Positions 12,881 to 26,500 of a stretch of 64,000 bases of DNA are shown one piece after another. Made by a program: the position numbers and the translations under genes. The DNA is taken from contig OZ024743.1 in NCBI GenBank assembly GCA_964016885.1, positions 219,046,001-219,110,000 of the forward strand, given 5' to 3'. Origin of the DNA: Eledone cirrhosa (lineage: Eukaryota). The notes below the pieces were generated by a model. It was not told where the DNA came from, did no database searches, and worked only from the letters and a program-made list of their open reading frames with translations. Within the stretch, counting starts at the first letter, position 1, and each line of letters starts with the position of its first letter.

Positions 12881-12961
12881 GTGTGTGTATGTATGTGTGT
12901 GTGTGTGTGTGTGTGTATGTGTGTGTATATATATATATAAGTATATATATGTGTGTGTGTG

Positions 12962-12995
<34 letters not shown>

Positions 12996-13004
12996 CATAT
13001 ATAT

Positions 13005-13088
<84 letters not shown>

Positions 13089-14231
13089 TATGTATAAGCC
13101 AATCAATATCTAACTTATTTCATGCAAGTATGATAAAGTCAAATGACATCCCTTTCTCTAATGGACTGTTTGTCTCTTTTTACTTTAAGGGAGAAGGAAA
13201 TGGGGCCGTAATCGATTGAATCACCTAAGATATTTCTTATTGATCCCAGTGGATTTTTGAATACAGAATTAAATGGACATCTGACGCTCAACCAGATTTT
13301 CCACTCCATTGGGGCACATTTCACAGATTTTCCACTCTTGGGGCACATTTACACAAATATTGAGAGAAGCCACGTTAATTGCATTGATGGGACTTATTTT
13401 ATTGGCCCGTGGGTGTAGGCATGGAAAACAAAGTTTACTTTGAACGTAAAAGGCAGTAATTAAATTCAACAACACATTTGATACTTCGCTTTACCAATTC
13501 TGTTATGAAAGTTAAAGTTGACTTCAGCGAGATTTTGATTTAGAGCGTAAGGAGCTGGAACAAATACAGCTCTACCAATACATCATTCTATATTGTCTTT
13601 TGATAATTTTGCGGTATTCGTTCTGGCTCTCTTTTCTCTGAGTTCAAATCCCGCCGAGGTCAATTTTACCTTTCATCCAATTGAAGTCAATAAAAAACAG
13701 TACGAGTCTAGTGATTGTTTTTAGCATAGGTACAGTGCCATGGCTTGTGAGAAAAGGTGTAGTTAATTAAATCGACTCGAGTGCTTCAACTCTGTTTTAT
13801 CAACCCTGGAAGGATAAAAAGTAAAGTTAACCATGATGGAATTTGATCTCTGAACATAATGTGTGTATGAACCCGTAACTCTTGATGGATTCGTAGTGGC
13901 ACCATATTGACATACGGCGTTTCTTGTGACATTTATAAGCCTGGCGAAGCCCATCTCATCTCCATGTCTAAATACAGCAGATTTCTTCCAGAGAATGATA
14001 CAGAGTGAGAGAATGGGAGTGAGAAAAAGATATAGGGGAAAAATCTTTAGCAGGATATAAATTAATGATAATAATTGTTTCTACTTTAGGCACAAGGCCA
14101 GCAATTACCCAGTGCATTATAATAGTTGTATTTGTATCAACAGAGGTCACCAATATAGCAGACATTTAATAGTCACCAGTTTAACTGTTAAATAATATTA
14201 TGCCATGTAATAATAATATAATATCAACGAC

Positions 14232-15075
14232 AATAATAATAATAATGATTTCTTTATTGACCACAAGGGCTGACATCAAGAAAAACATTACAGACGGCAC
14301 AGGACGGTACGATGTGGGTTTTGTGCGTGTAAATATTTTTATTATTTATATAAGAAAAGAAAAAAAAAGGACATAGAAACATATATATATAAACAATAAA
14401 AATGAAAATTGAAACAATGAAAAATTCCCCAATAGGGGGGAAACCTCCGAGGGTTACTCGTGGCGAAAACCACACAAAAGACCACGGCCACCCTGACCAC
14501 CAGGGTAAGCGCCCTCTCTCAATTTTTCCATCTCTCAAACTACAGACGTATATTCAGAGTGGTTCCGTTCACTCAGACTATTCTCGCTACATTCACCCAC
14601 CTTTCAACAAACTTGCTAGAAAGCAGCACTTGCCTCTCCACCCTGATTTTCCTCTTCAAGTGAAACTTGAAAAAGTTAATTAGGGATTCGCCGAAGAGGA
14701 AAGTGTCTGTCTTTAACCCTTTTAACCTTCTCCACCACACAATCTCTTTCGCCATGGCCACCAGGCAGATGAAAACCGCCTGCCCTTCCTCCTCGAAGGA
14801 AGACAGCGAGACCATCTGCACAATGGACTCAGTCGACAACCGGATCAGTCCCACACGCGACAGCAACTGTTCGACATAGCTCCACAAGTCAGCAATGCTC
14901 GGGCACTGAACGAGTGCGTGCACGACGGTTTCGTCGCTCTGCGCGCATCTCGGACAGGCTCGGCTGACGGGACTTCCGTGTCTGTAGAGCTTATCTCGAA
15001 TCGGCAGCGCTCCCCGGTGGCACTGCCAAGCCAGGGATTTTTGGAAGTTATCCATAGGCTATCCAAGCGCTATCC
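14232..15075 (-). mobile_element. Tx1/L1-clade LINE 3' fragment (zf-RVT region and 3' UTR)
   Basis: SLAWQCHRGALPIRDKL...CPRCAQSDETVVHALVQCP; ends GGTCAATAAAG + (ATT)n. Confidence 0.85.
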
Positions 15076-18000
15076 CTTTGCTAATGTAACATATCTAAAT
15101 ACCGTAAGACATCTTATCTGATACACTGCTGACTCTACCGTCTACACATACTATTTATGATACTAACAATAGGGGTTTCTAATATAGGTACAAGACCAGC
15201 AATTTGGGGAAGGGGAAAGTTGATTAAATCGACCTCAGTGCGTTACTGGTACTATATTTTATCGACTCAGTAAGGATGAAAGACAAAGCTAACTTGGACG
15301 GGATTTCAATTGAGAACGTAAAAAGAAGTTACTCTATGCTGCCAAGCATGTTGTCCAATGCTCTACCGACACTGCTAAACTACCGCCCTCTACCACCTTA
15401 ACAATAATTGTTTCTACTTTTAGCACAAGGCCAGCAATTATCCCAGTGCATTACTGGTACTTCATTATTATTATTGTTAAGGTACCACCTTAACAATAAT
15501 AATAACAACAATGGTTTCTTATAAAGGCACAAGGCCAGTAATTATGGGGGGAGTCGATTAAATCAACTCCAGTGCATTACTGGTACTTTATTTTATAGAC
15601 CCCCCATAAGGATGAAAGGCAAAGTTAACCTCGGCGGGATTTGAACTCAGATTGTAAAGGGCCGTAACTCTATGCTGCAAAGCTTGGTGTCCGACTCTCT
15701 ACCGATATTGGCAATCCACCGCCCTAGAGTATAATAATAACAATAATGAGAATACTGTTTCCTTTATTTATCAAAATAAAAAAAATGTTCCTCAATAACG
15801 ATTAAACATTTCCCATAAAGAAATAGTTATTTAGATTTTTTTAAACTCTTTAATTCAATATTTTTATTTGAGAATTCTTGAGAATTTAAAACCATTTGTC
15901 ATTCTTGGATGGAAACCATTTATCTTTCTTTTATCTCTGGGGTTTATATTATATAGTTTATGTTATAGTTTATATTATGTAGTTTATTTTATGTCCTGTT
16001 ATTTAAGTTGAAATGGTCGATGTTCAGAGACATGAAAAATTATTTTCAAATGGTAACTCGTAAAAAAAACTGCTTAGGCTGGTTTATTCAGATAAAATAA
16101 AGTTTAAAAGATATGAACTGATGGAAGATAATATATTAGTTTTCTAAATTTTGTGGAAAAGCTACAGTCGATTGTAAATTGAACAAAGTTTGAAAAAGAA
16201 AACAGAAAACATATATTAAACATTTCAGACATTGAGACATTGTTTTTGTTTTCACCTGGTCTTGCCAATTTAGAACTACTACTACTGCTGCTGCTGCTGC
16301 TGTTGCTACTGCTACTGCTGCTGCTCTTTTTTTTTCTTCGTATTCCTCGTAGGGACAGAGTCTTCAAACATTCCTTCCATGGGGTCCTATCAGAAGCAAC
16401 CGTCTCCAATTATTTTCACCTCGTATCATGTTGACTGGCCGGGATACAACTGAGATTTTATTTTATTGACCCATAGAACGATGAAAGGTTGGGTCGCATC
16501 CAACCGGACTTGAATTCAGAATGTAGCTAAATGCTCAATGCATTTTTTTCTTTTTTTTTTTTTGTCCGTCGTTCTATCTATTCTCCTATTCTGCAAGTCA
16601 CGAGGAGAAAAGACAAGACCTATGACATTTTTTTAAAGACCTCTGTATTGTTGGGAATGGAAGTTATCCTCAAATCGGAAACCAGATCCGAATACTTGAA
16701 ACAAAGTGGACTCCAAGAGCCAAATTCGCCTACACGATCAATAAAACACAAAACATATACCGTTTTTAAACAAGTTTTATCTTGTTTATTGTATTTTATT
16801 ATAGTCTAGCTTCTCCCTCTCAGCTCCCTATAGCTTGTCCTGAACCGCACACACTACAAAAATATTTATGTATGTATATATGTAAGCAGGAACGAAGTTA
16901 CGGTTGCACCATATACAAACTTTACGTTGTAGCTGTTACCATAGACATTGCCAGACCTGCCAACCTCTAAAAACCCAAACTGGGACTACCATGAAACAAA
17001 GTGCCCAAAACGGGGAGAAATGAGGCAAAATGGGATGATTTTGTATAATGAAAGCTACCCATTTTCACAAGAGAAGACATCTCTCACCCTCCCCAAAGTA
17101 GGTGGGAGATCTCCCCATCGGACGAGGAGAGTTGACAGGTCTGTATTGCTACATTTTATGTTTCTCCTTTTTTTATTTTACATTTTGTCTTTCTGTCTTT
17201 TCTTACTTTTATTTTATTTTTATATTTAGGGAGGGTCATGTCGGCCTAATGTTGCCAAAAATAGTAAAACACCCTGTTTGGTTTGCCTTTCGCTTCAGTA
17301 TATTTTTTTTACTATAAACAATTTAGCTGGCAATCAATGTTTATCATTGATTGACCAACAGTTAAAAATATAAATATAAATATATTAGGATAACAATATA
17401 TTTATATTTATAACTGTTCGTCAATGAATGATAAACATGAATTTTGATGTATTTGTTTGATGTGGCCATCAATGGTTTTAACATCACCACATGGCTTTTG
17501 GGAGCCTTTAGCAGAATACATTTGGTTTGTTGAAAGTTTTCAGACTATTGTCTAAAGACCACTTCCCTCTTGGTAAGGTGATGGACTTAAACAATCATGT
17601 CATAAGTTTGATTCCTGGGCTGGGTTGTGTGTTACACTTCATAAATTATTTATAGAAATATAAAAAAATATACTGAAGCAAAAACAAAGCAAAACAGTGT
17701 GTGTGTTTTACTATTTTTGGCCATACTGGGACAACATCTGTTTCAACATACGATTTCATATCAAAAACCTTGCAAAATAAATTTTATTTTTATTTTCATG
17801 TTTTTTCTTTACCTATTTATTTATCTATATATTTATCTTCCTCCCTCACATCCTAAAATAGCTGTACATGAAGGGATCATCTGACCTCTTTCGACAATTT
17901 GAATGTGTTCAGCTCTTATGAACAACCACATCTGACGAGATGTTGATACAGAGTTGGGGCCCCAGTCACTATAATCGCACCTTGAACTGGCCGATATCGA

Positions 18001-18255
18001 AACAATTGCCATTTGCCAATAATGTTTATACAGGTAAAATTCCGTTATAACGAATACCAATATAACGAACTTTTCAGTATAACGAATTTCTTTTTCAATC
18101 CCCGGCCACACGTTCTAGTTTAATATAGAAATGGGTTCTACATGCCCAGAACTGTTTCATTCAAAAGAAATCATCATTTTGAATGAAACAGTTTTAGTCC
18201 TGTAGAAGCCATTTCTATATTAAACTTGGTGTTTATATATATATATATATATATA

Positions 18256-18594
18256 TAGTATAAAGGAAACGAAAAATCAGTGATGCATCTGGACTTAATT
18301 TATTGCGTGTTACAATTGTTTCGCCGGCAGGTAGCTCGAGTCATGGTCCCTGTATGGATCTGGCTGATTCTACTGCTGCAGGTTCTTTCACACACAGGTA
18401 GTTCGTTCGGAACAAATTTTATCAGTGATAAAATTTGCTCCGAACGAACTACTCGTGTCTGAAAGAACCTGCAGCAGTAGAATCAGCCAGATCCATACAG
18501 GGACCATGACTCGAGCTACCTGCCGGCGAAACAATTGTAACACGCAATAAATTAAGTCCAGATGCATCACTGATTTTTCGTTTTCTTTCTACTA
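18256..18594. repeat. ~165-bp-arm palindrome containing a hammerhead variant
   Basis: Mirror ORFs 18280+ and 18570- share the same N-terminus; GUGU-CUGAAAGA-...-GAAA-CAAUUG-UA|ACAC at 18455-18543. Confidence 0.8.
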
Positions 18595-19547
18595 TCTACA
18601 CTCTACTCTGCTGAATATCGAGTGCTAATTTTGGCATACCGCCTATGGAAGCACCATAGCTACCATTATACACAACTACATATATATATATATATATATA
18701 TATACATACATACATACATGCACATACACTCCACATTGCCCCACAGGAAATCGTATTTCTTAAGAGAATTCGAAAACCAAATAAGCTAAACCGATATACT
18801 CGAATTAATAGAAGCCAACTAGAGTATTGTGCCATTACATCAAAGAATGGCTTAATATTTAAAATTACTTTCTTCCCTTAGGAACAGAGACAACAAAGAA
18901 TTACCCCTCAGTAACTACAGAAATACACTAGAATATATAAGTGACAACCATGTTTTTGTATCTCTAATGAAACCCTGTGGAGTAAATTTTGACACTACTC
19001 ATTTTTGCTGACTCTTGAAAAATCGGATTAGGAAGAAAAAGAAATCGCGGTGGATTGCCAGTATCGATAGTCAGACATGCTTCGCAGCATAGAGTTACGG
19101 CCCTTTACGTCTGAGTTCAAATCACGCCGTGGTTAGCTTTACCTTTCATCCTTACGGGGTCTATATATGTATGGGGGGGGGGCACTCACAGGACAAAGAC
19201 GTATATGTATGTGTATATATATATCATCATCATCACCGTTTTACGTCGATTCTTCCACGCTAGCATGGGTTTGACGGGTTGTCCTGTTGTGGGCAATGTT
19301 AGGTCGGCTGACCTTGTCTTACTCATACAGGAACTGATTTCTACAGCTGGATGCCCTTCCTAACACCAACCTCATTTACAGAGTGCTGGTGCTTTTTTCT
19401 GTGGTGCCTACACGTCCACTTTACAGGGTGGTCTGGGTGCTTTTTTGTCGTGACACCTCCACGACCACTTTGCAATGGGAGGGGGTGGGGGCATATTGCC
19501 TATATGCTTCGGCTTCGGCTTGTTCCCGTGGGAAGTCAGGTCTTCTG

Positions 19548-19722
19548 TATTTGAAAAAAGGAAAAGAATGACTTCACTCGTAGTTCTAAACAGTTTAGTT
19601 GTATATTATAATTTTACAATTTGGTTTTGTAGATCTACAAAACCAAATTGTAAAATTATAATATTATAAAATTAAATTGTTTAAAACTACAAGTGAAGTC
19701 ATTCTTTTCCTTTTTTCAAATA
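19548..19722. repeat. Spacerless palindrome centred on AGATCT (~19633)
   Basis: tatttgaaaaaaggaaaagaatgacttcact...agtgaagtcattcttttccttttttcaaata. Confidence 0.85.
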
Positions 19723-19798
19723 TACCTAACTGTACCAAGGATTTCATACATTTTCCAATATATATATATATATTAGTTATGTCCATATTAAATTTTTT

Positions 19799-19863
19799 AT
19801 TCTGATGAGCGATTTTAGACGTCCGTGTTGAGCTCGTCTGTCTTCGTGAAACCTTTGGTAAAT
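19799..19863 (+). ncRNA. Type I hammerhead ribozyme motif
   Basis: AUU-CUGAUGA-GCGA..AGACG..CGUCU..UCGU-GAAA-CC(uuu)GG-UA|AAU; between (TA)n runs. Confidence 0.75.
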
Positions 19864-19960
19864 GGAATAATTGTCTTATGTTGTTTATTACATAACTAAA
19901 TAGCTCTGTAGCTTACATAGAGCACTCTCCTTTCTTTTACCCTTCCTATGGAAATAATTC

Positions 19961-19999
<39 letters not shown>

Positions 20000-20229
20000 T
20001 ACATATATAGGAATATAGTGTATAATTTATAAGGAAGAGAGTATTCAGTACATTGTATGCAGTATATTGTTTATTTAAACTGACTTATTTTTCTTGTGAC
20101 TCAAGTTTCAAAACAGACCATGTTTGTTTCTTTCTTTCTTAGTTCGTTTTTTTTTTTTGTTTCCTTCGTTTGTAAGGCTTTCGGTGATACGACACACACA
20201 CACATAAATATATGCTTGTGTGTATATTT

Positions 20230-20530
20230 ATATGTATTCACACACAGAGAGAAACTAGGCATAAGAGGAAACAGATGCAGTGCAGAGGAGAGGAGATTGT
20301 GTTGGTATGGTCATGTGATGTGTATGAAGGATGACAGCTGTATAAAAAAGTGCAGGGCATTCAAAGTTGATAGAAACTGTGGAGTAGGAAGTCCCAGGAA
20401 GGCTTGGGATGAGGTGATAAAAGCTCACCTCGCACAACTGCACCTCTCAAAGGCCGAGATCTCTGGCATTATGCAGTAATACAGAACACCTGCCATCACA
20501 TGAGCACAAACTGAAGCATACATCTAGTAT
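20230..20530 (+). mobile_element. RTE LINE 3' fragment
   Basis: ERRLCWYGHVMCMKDDSCIKKC...GSPRKAWDEVI. Confidence 0.8.
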
Positions 20531-23325
20531 ACACTACCTTCGCCTCCATCCCCCTTCCACGTTCTAACACACTGCCCCTTTACCCAGCTCTCCAATCCCC
20601 ACACACCTCCTTCACCAAAGTTACAGCCTACACTGTAAAGTGGTCATAATGGAGACATGACAAAAAGTGCTCAGTCCTCACTGTAAAATGGTTGTGTAGG
20701 TGTCACAACAAAAAGCACCCAGTACACACTGTAAATGTGGTTGGCATGAGGAAGGACATCTAGCTGTAGGGAACAAGCCAGAAACAGTTCTATATGAGCA
20801 AGACATGGTCATCTGACCTGGCTTATCTCACAATGGGACAACTCGTCTAACCCATGCTAGCGTGGAAAAATGAACGTTAAACAATGAACTAAATGATGAT
20901 AATGATAACGCTATACATATATAACATCTTTTTTAGGTTTGCTGTTTCCAAGTTTGCATTGGGTTAAATTTGTTAAGTTTCCAAGTTTGATAGGTTTTCT
21001 ATGTCTAGATGCGCTTCTTCACACCAACCTATACCTTATTTTAAGTATGGTAAATTTGTAGAACTGGTACATGCAGAAAACATTATGGGGCGCAAACAAA
21101 TGTTGCTACTGATTTTTTTATAAACAGTGTTGATATGACAAAAAATGTCACATATCAAGCGATACCAATGCTTGAAGCTTTTTTAAGTGAGGAAAGGCTT
21201 TGTACGGGGTCTATCCCATTCTCTAAACAATGAATACATTTACCCCAAAAGAAGAACTGGTCTACATAATTGGATGCAAATGAACTCACAGGTTTTATAT
21301 CAAAGTGACCTTCTCCTATAGAGATGTCTGAACGAAGAGTAGGAGACTCTCGCTCCACAAAAAAAAATACATACGCACACACATAGACTAATACAGAAAT
21401 AAAACATACACACACAAGTACACCTATTAATAGAGGTATATATATATATGTAAGCATTACTACTAAGTATCTAAACGTGTGGTTATTCACATGATGATGA
21501 TGACCCACCACAACTCAAAATGTTTTATGCACATACACAATATAAACATGTTTGATATTAAAAAGACAATGTAGAATTTAGAAAAATTACTCCCTAAATT
21601 ATCAAAATTGTCCCCTTGTTGAGTGAGAACTCAATATTCAGAATGCCTGGTTTAAACTCAACAATAGGAAGAAACATACCTTTTAGACTAATACTGAAAT
21701 AACACTAGTCACAATAGTTGAGGAGTTCAGATGCAAAACAACTGATTTCTTTTAGTTTAACGTTTCATTACCATAGTTCTAATATAAGACACTACCTATG
21801 ATTTTCAAATAATCAAAACATTTCAAGGGATTTAGTATAACTTCGCAAGTTGGAATGGTTCTTCCAGAGCATCTTCCTCACCATCCTCCAGGGAAACACC
21901 TTCTCTATTCTGTCAGCCAGTGAGTGGGACCCCCATTTGCTTATATTAGTGAGAGATGGGGAGAGCAGGAGAGACGGAGGCAGTGAAAGTGGGAGTTTGG
22001 TTCCAGTGTATTGAGACCTCGTGTATATGTATATATTTATTTACCACACAACATTAATATTTATAGTTGTATATACCTAACCTTTTCATTATTAAGTTGA
22101 TGTTAGAAGCATAACTTAAAGTTTTTACATAAAATTATAACAGAGGGTTTTTAGAAAAATATATACATTTTACGGAAAAGTGGTGTTTGTTTATAAAGCT
22201 GTGCAATGCAAGTGGGTTAGATTACCAAGGTAATAAGTCAGAAGGGAACTGAGAGAGAAAACAATCTAACCCACTTGCATTACATGGCTTTCTATACAAA
22301 CAAATGGAGTTTTCAGTTTCACATTCCACAATGCTTTAACTCATTAGCATTTACATTACTCTATATATACTATTGTATTTTCACAGTAAACACTTTATCT
22401 CAGATAATTATCCTACATATTATATCTATGAAATTTTTTATATTATTTATTTTGAGAAGAATACCATAACATATGAATGAGCAGCCAGTTGTGGCCAGTT
22501 TGAACAGATAGAGGTGAGAGAATTTTGGCCGGATATGGCCAGTTTAAATGCTAAAGGGTTAAGCAAACTATCACATCTTATAAACATTTCAAAATAAACA
22601 GCTTTGTATTATAGAACTAAGGGCAATATCAGATGGTTTGGTATGAAAAGGATAAATTAAATCTTACTACACAGCAGCCATTGTACTGTCCTTGCCTCAA
22701 TTTGCCAGAGAGCTTCAACAGCCTTTTAACAATTGAGTGGTAGCAAGGGTATCTACATGTAAAAATGACATGCTTCAACAATATCTCAAACAAACTAACA
22801 GAAAAATATATATAAAATAGACAAAATAATTAAAACTGCAGGCATCAGTTATGTTTAATTGATAGGAAAAAAAGAGCAGTAAGTGATGAAATAGAAGAAG
22901 GATGATGATATAAAGAGAGAATGGAGAATCACGATTTGACAAACACTATATTGTTAAGCAGTTATTTTTAACACAAGTTATCTTTAGATAAATTATCTCT
23001 CTCGTTATTTACAACCATTCTTTCTTTTTACTCCATTTTCTCACACAAAAGAATACAAAGAAAACATTCAACTGTAAAATATATACAAATTTTTAATATT
23101 TGTTATTGAATCTGTACAGTGATAAGTTGTTATAATGACATATACAGAGTTATTGAATCATCGCACTCACTGCCATTCCTCACACCAGCCATTAGTTCTT
23201 ATGTACCAAGACAACACCATCGTCATTCTTCTTGGTCTCCTTACAACAGTTATAGACTAAGAAAGCTTCCCCGTCCCTCACCCATCTTTCTCTCTCTCTC
23301 ACACACACACATACTTTCCATGAAA

Positions 23326-23538
23326 TCAATTTCTCTCTTCCAAAGCTTCTTTTTGTTTTTCCATCTTTCCTAATCTGCGGTAGACAACCTTCTTTATGTC
23401 TTTCAATCGTTGTACTTTCTTTTCGTCTTCTTTCGCAAGGACTGCCCGATGTTTGTCAACCCTTTCCCTCATTTTCATCCGCTCTTCTTGTTCTTTGGTT
23501 TTATGTAACTCCCTAAACATCTTCATCAATTTGGCAAC
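23326..23538 (-). CDS. BMS1: BMS1 last coding exon
   Basis: [13 protein letters not shown]...[22 protein letters not shown]. Confidence 0.9.
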   Translation of the reverse strand, partial: VAKLMKMFRELHKTKEQEERMKMRERVDKHRAVLAKEDEKKVQRLKDIKKVVYRRLGKMEKQKEALEERN

Positions 23539-26500
23539 CTATCAAAAATCAAGAACAGCAATTTTAATATCATCAACTGAAAATCTGAAAATAAAACTTT
23601 TGTTTTATTCCAACCACCAAAAACATAAAATGGTCAAATAATATTTTACCTTAGCTTCTTTGGGATCTTTCACCACAGCAATTCTCTTGAAAGGAGCTTT
23701 ATGTGGAGCCTTGTTCTTTAAGGTATTCTTAAAAGGTAGAGCTTGTTTTAAGTCATTAGAAATTTTAAAGGGCTTCATTGCTTTTCCTTTACGCTCCACT
23801 TTCTACAAAAAAAAAATGGAAAAAACAAATCACAATATTTTTATGAGAAATAAGAATTAACCCTTTACTATTTACATTACTCTATATTTACCATTGTATT
23901 TTCACAGAAAATGCTTTATCTTACATAATTATCTCACATAATATCGAATCTACGAGATTTTGATATTATTTATTTTGAGAACAATACCTTAACATAAGTA
24001 TGAGCAGCTGGTTATGGCCAGTTTGAACAAAAAAGGTGAGAGAATTCTGACCAGATATGGCCGGTTTAAATGCTAAAGGGTTAAAGGAATAAATTAATAG
24101 CATTGTTGACTGGTGTTTCTGAGAAAAACAAAGGAACATTTAAATAAAAAAGTGGAATACGCAGACATGATTGTAGGGTTAAGAATTTCACTTTGCTGCC
24201 ATGTGGTTTCAGGTTCAATCTCACTGCATGGCACCTTGAGCAAGTGTATTTAGATTATTTAACAAATATTTATAAAATAAAATTATGAGGATTTTATATA
24301 AGGATAGACATTTTAAAATGAACAGTTCTGTATAAAAAGTCCAGAGCAGTTTCAGATAGTTTGGTATGAAAGAGGTTAAATGCATGAAGAAGTATCCTAA
24401 AAGATGTTTTTACCTTATAAGCTGAATCTTTATTATTTGGAATAGGAATGTTCTCTTCCTTTCGGATCTGTCCAACCGTTCGCATACCTCTCCAAGACAT
24501 CTTTTCACTTGGTGATAGAAGAAGAGATGTCACAGTGTTGTAGAATCTTGGCAGGTCTACAGGATACCAGGTGCGGACAAAGACAATATCTGAAACATAC
24601 AATAGTTTGTTAGGTTATTTTTTTTTTCCATTTATCAAACTTCATTTGACAGTTTCCAGATAAATCAAAACATTAAGCTTTAGTTTACATGGCTAACAGG
24701 TTCCACTCTTACTTTACAGTTATGTGGTCTAGGAAGGGTATCTATCAATTTCAACATCAACTACCTATGCAACTAATCGACAAGGGATGTAAAAATAAAT
24801 CACAATTGCTTGGAGAACTGTTCATCAAAAGAATCTGTGTTCAAAGTTGGGTGGCTGGTATTAGAAGAACAGTCGACGCTGTAAATGTGGTTGGCATTAA
24901 GAAGGGCATCCAGCTATAAAAACCAAGCCAGAAATTCTATATCTCCCTCAAATCCCACTTTACCATCCTTACAAAGGAAGGATACATTGAACAATGTAGA
25001 CCTAGGTTGTAACAAAATATATGGATCACATTTGGTATGTCTTTGATCACAAATCAGCTCAACAACAACAATAATCATATTCTGTTGACATCAAGGCACC
25101 CAGTCCACACTGTAAATGGGGTTGGTGTTAGGAAGGGCATCCAGCTGTAGAAACCAAGCCAGAATCAGTTCTGTATGAGCAAAACATGATCATCTGATCT
25201 GACTTGACTCACAATGGGACCACTCGTCTAACCGAAGCTAGCATGGAAAAATGGATGTTAAAAGGTGATGATGAGGATGACGATGATGATTCTGTTATAC
25301 ATGTTGTATACTGATAACAGTGTGAATTGTGTTGTGTCTATCCCAATATTATGTGTACCCCCATAACATGTGTATTCCCCTAACTGTATGTATTCCAATA
25401 TCCATGTCTCTTTTTAGCTGTGTGATTCTTGTGTATGCCACTGTGTGTATCCTGGCTTTGAGAATAGTTGCAACATATCCCTGTGTAAAAGGCAACTAAT
25501 CAAGAAAGAGCAACCAGCCATTAAAAGACTGCCTCCATAATCACATCAATTCCATGTTAGTATAGTGTCAAATGATGATAATGATGGCTATCTAATCCAA
25601 TCCAGGGCCTTCTCACTCCTCTTGGAGGAACCACTCCCTGGTTGATCTTCACTGCTTTCTGTTTGGTTTTCATCATGTCAGGGATGTAGCCATACTCAAC
25701 GCGCTTAGCCGACTGCAGTTTGATGAAGCTATTTAACCCATAGTAGGGGTGGATGACCGTTGACTCTGAGGAGTTCCTCCACCCTTTTAACAGTTCTTGT
25801 TTTTTGTGCTACTGGGATTCCGCTTACATTCCTCACCTGATGAGGGAGCCAGTTTAGTCACCGCTCACTCGAACAGGAAGTATGTTGTACTGGGTTACCA
25901 GTTGCAGACTGAAGCCTGACCTGACTCTGATGGCTATAAGAACAATAAAACAACACAAATGTGTATCCATTTAAATTATTTCAATATCCTTTGTCCTATA
26001 ATATCTATTGAGTTCAAAATAGAAAATGAAATAACCAAACTATGATTACAATGTAATCTAAATATTTGAAATAGGACTAATTAATGAAATAATTGATCCT
26101 TGGATTAATTTGAAAATCAATTTGTCGACTGAACAGAAACAGAGCCTTAGTAGCTGAGAGTAAAGAAAACAATTTAATTCAATAAAAAAAATACAAACCA
26201 CTCATTACAATCCTGTCCTCAAATGTTGCTCTAAAGGCTCCAGGTGGACTTTTAATGGCTTTCTTAATCTGGCCCCTCACACCACTAACAGTTCTAAGAC
26301 AGGCACCAGTAAATTTAGCAACTTCAAGAGGACTGTTGAACATATCCTTGAATGAAAAAAAGCAATATATATATATTTATTAAATTAGGGGCACACAGGA
26401 CAAAGGAAGGAAAAAACAATGGAAACAAAACTGTCCCATTTCCTCAGTCAAACTCTGAAAATCACTATGGTTTCGGTGCATTAAGGGTGATACTGTTCGT

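Noticed and set aside
16104-16434. Poly-Ser / poly-Leu ORFs
   Set aside because: (CTG/CTA)n tract next to what looks like a short LINE 3' end remnant; no exon context.
25834-25875. CUGAUGA-GGGAGC...GCUCACUC-GAAC
   Set aside because: GAAA incomplete, no stem III or stem I partner.
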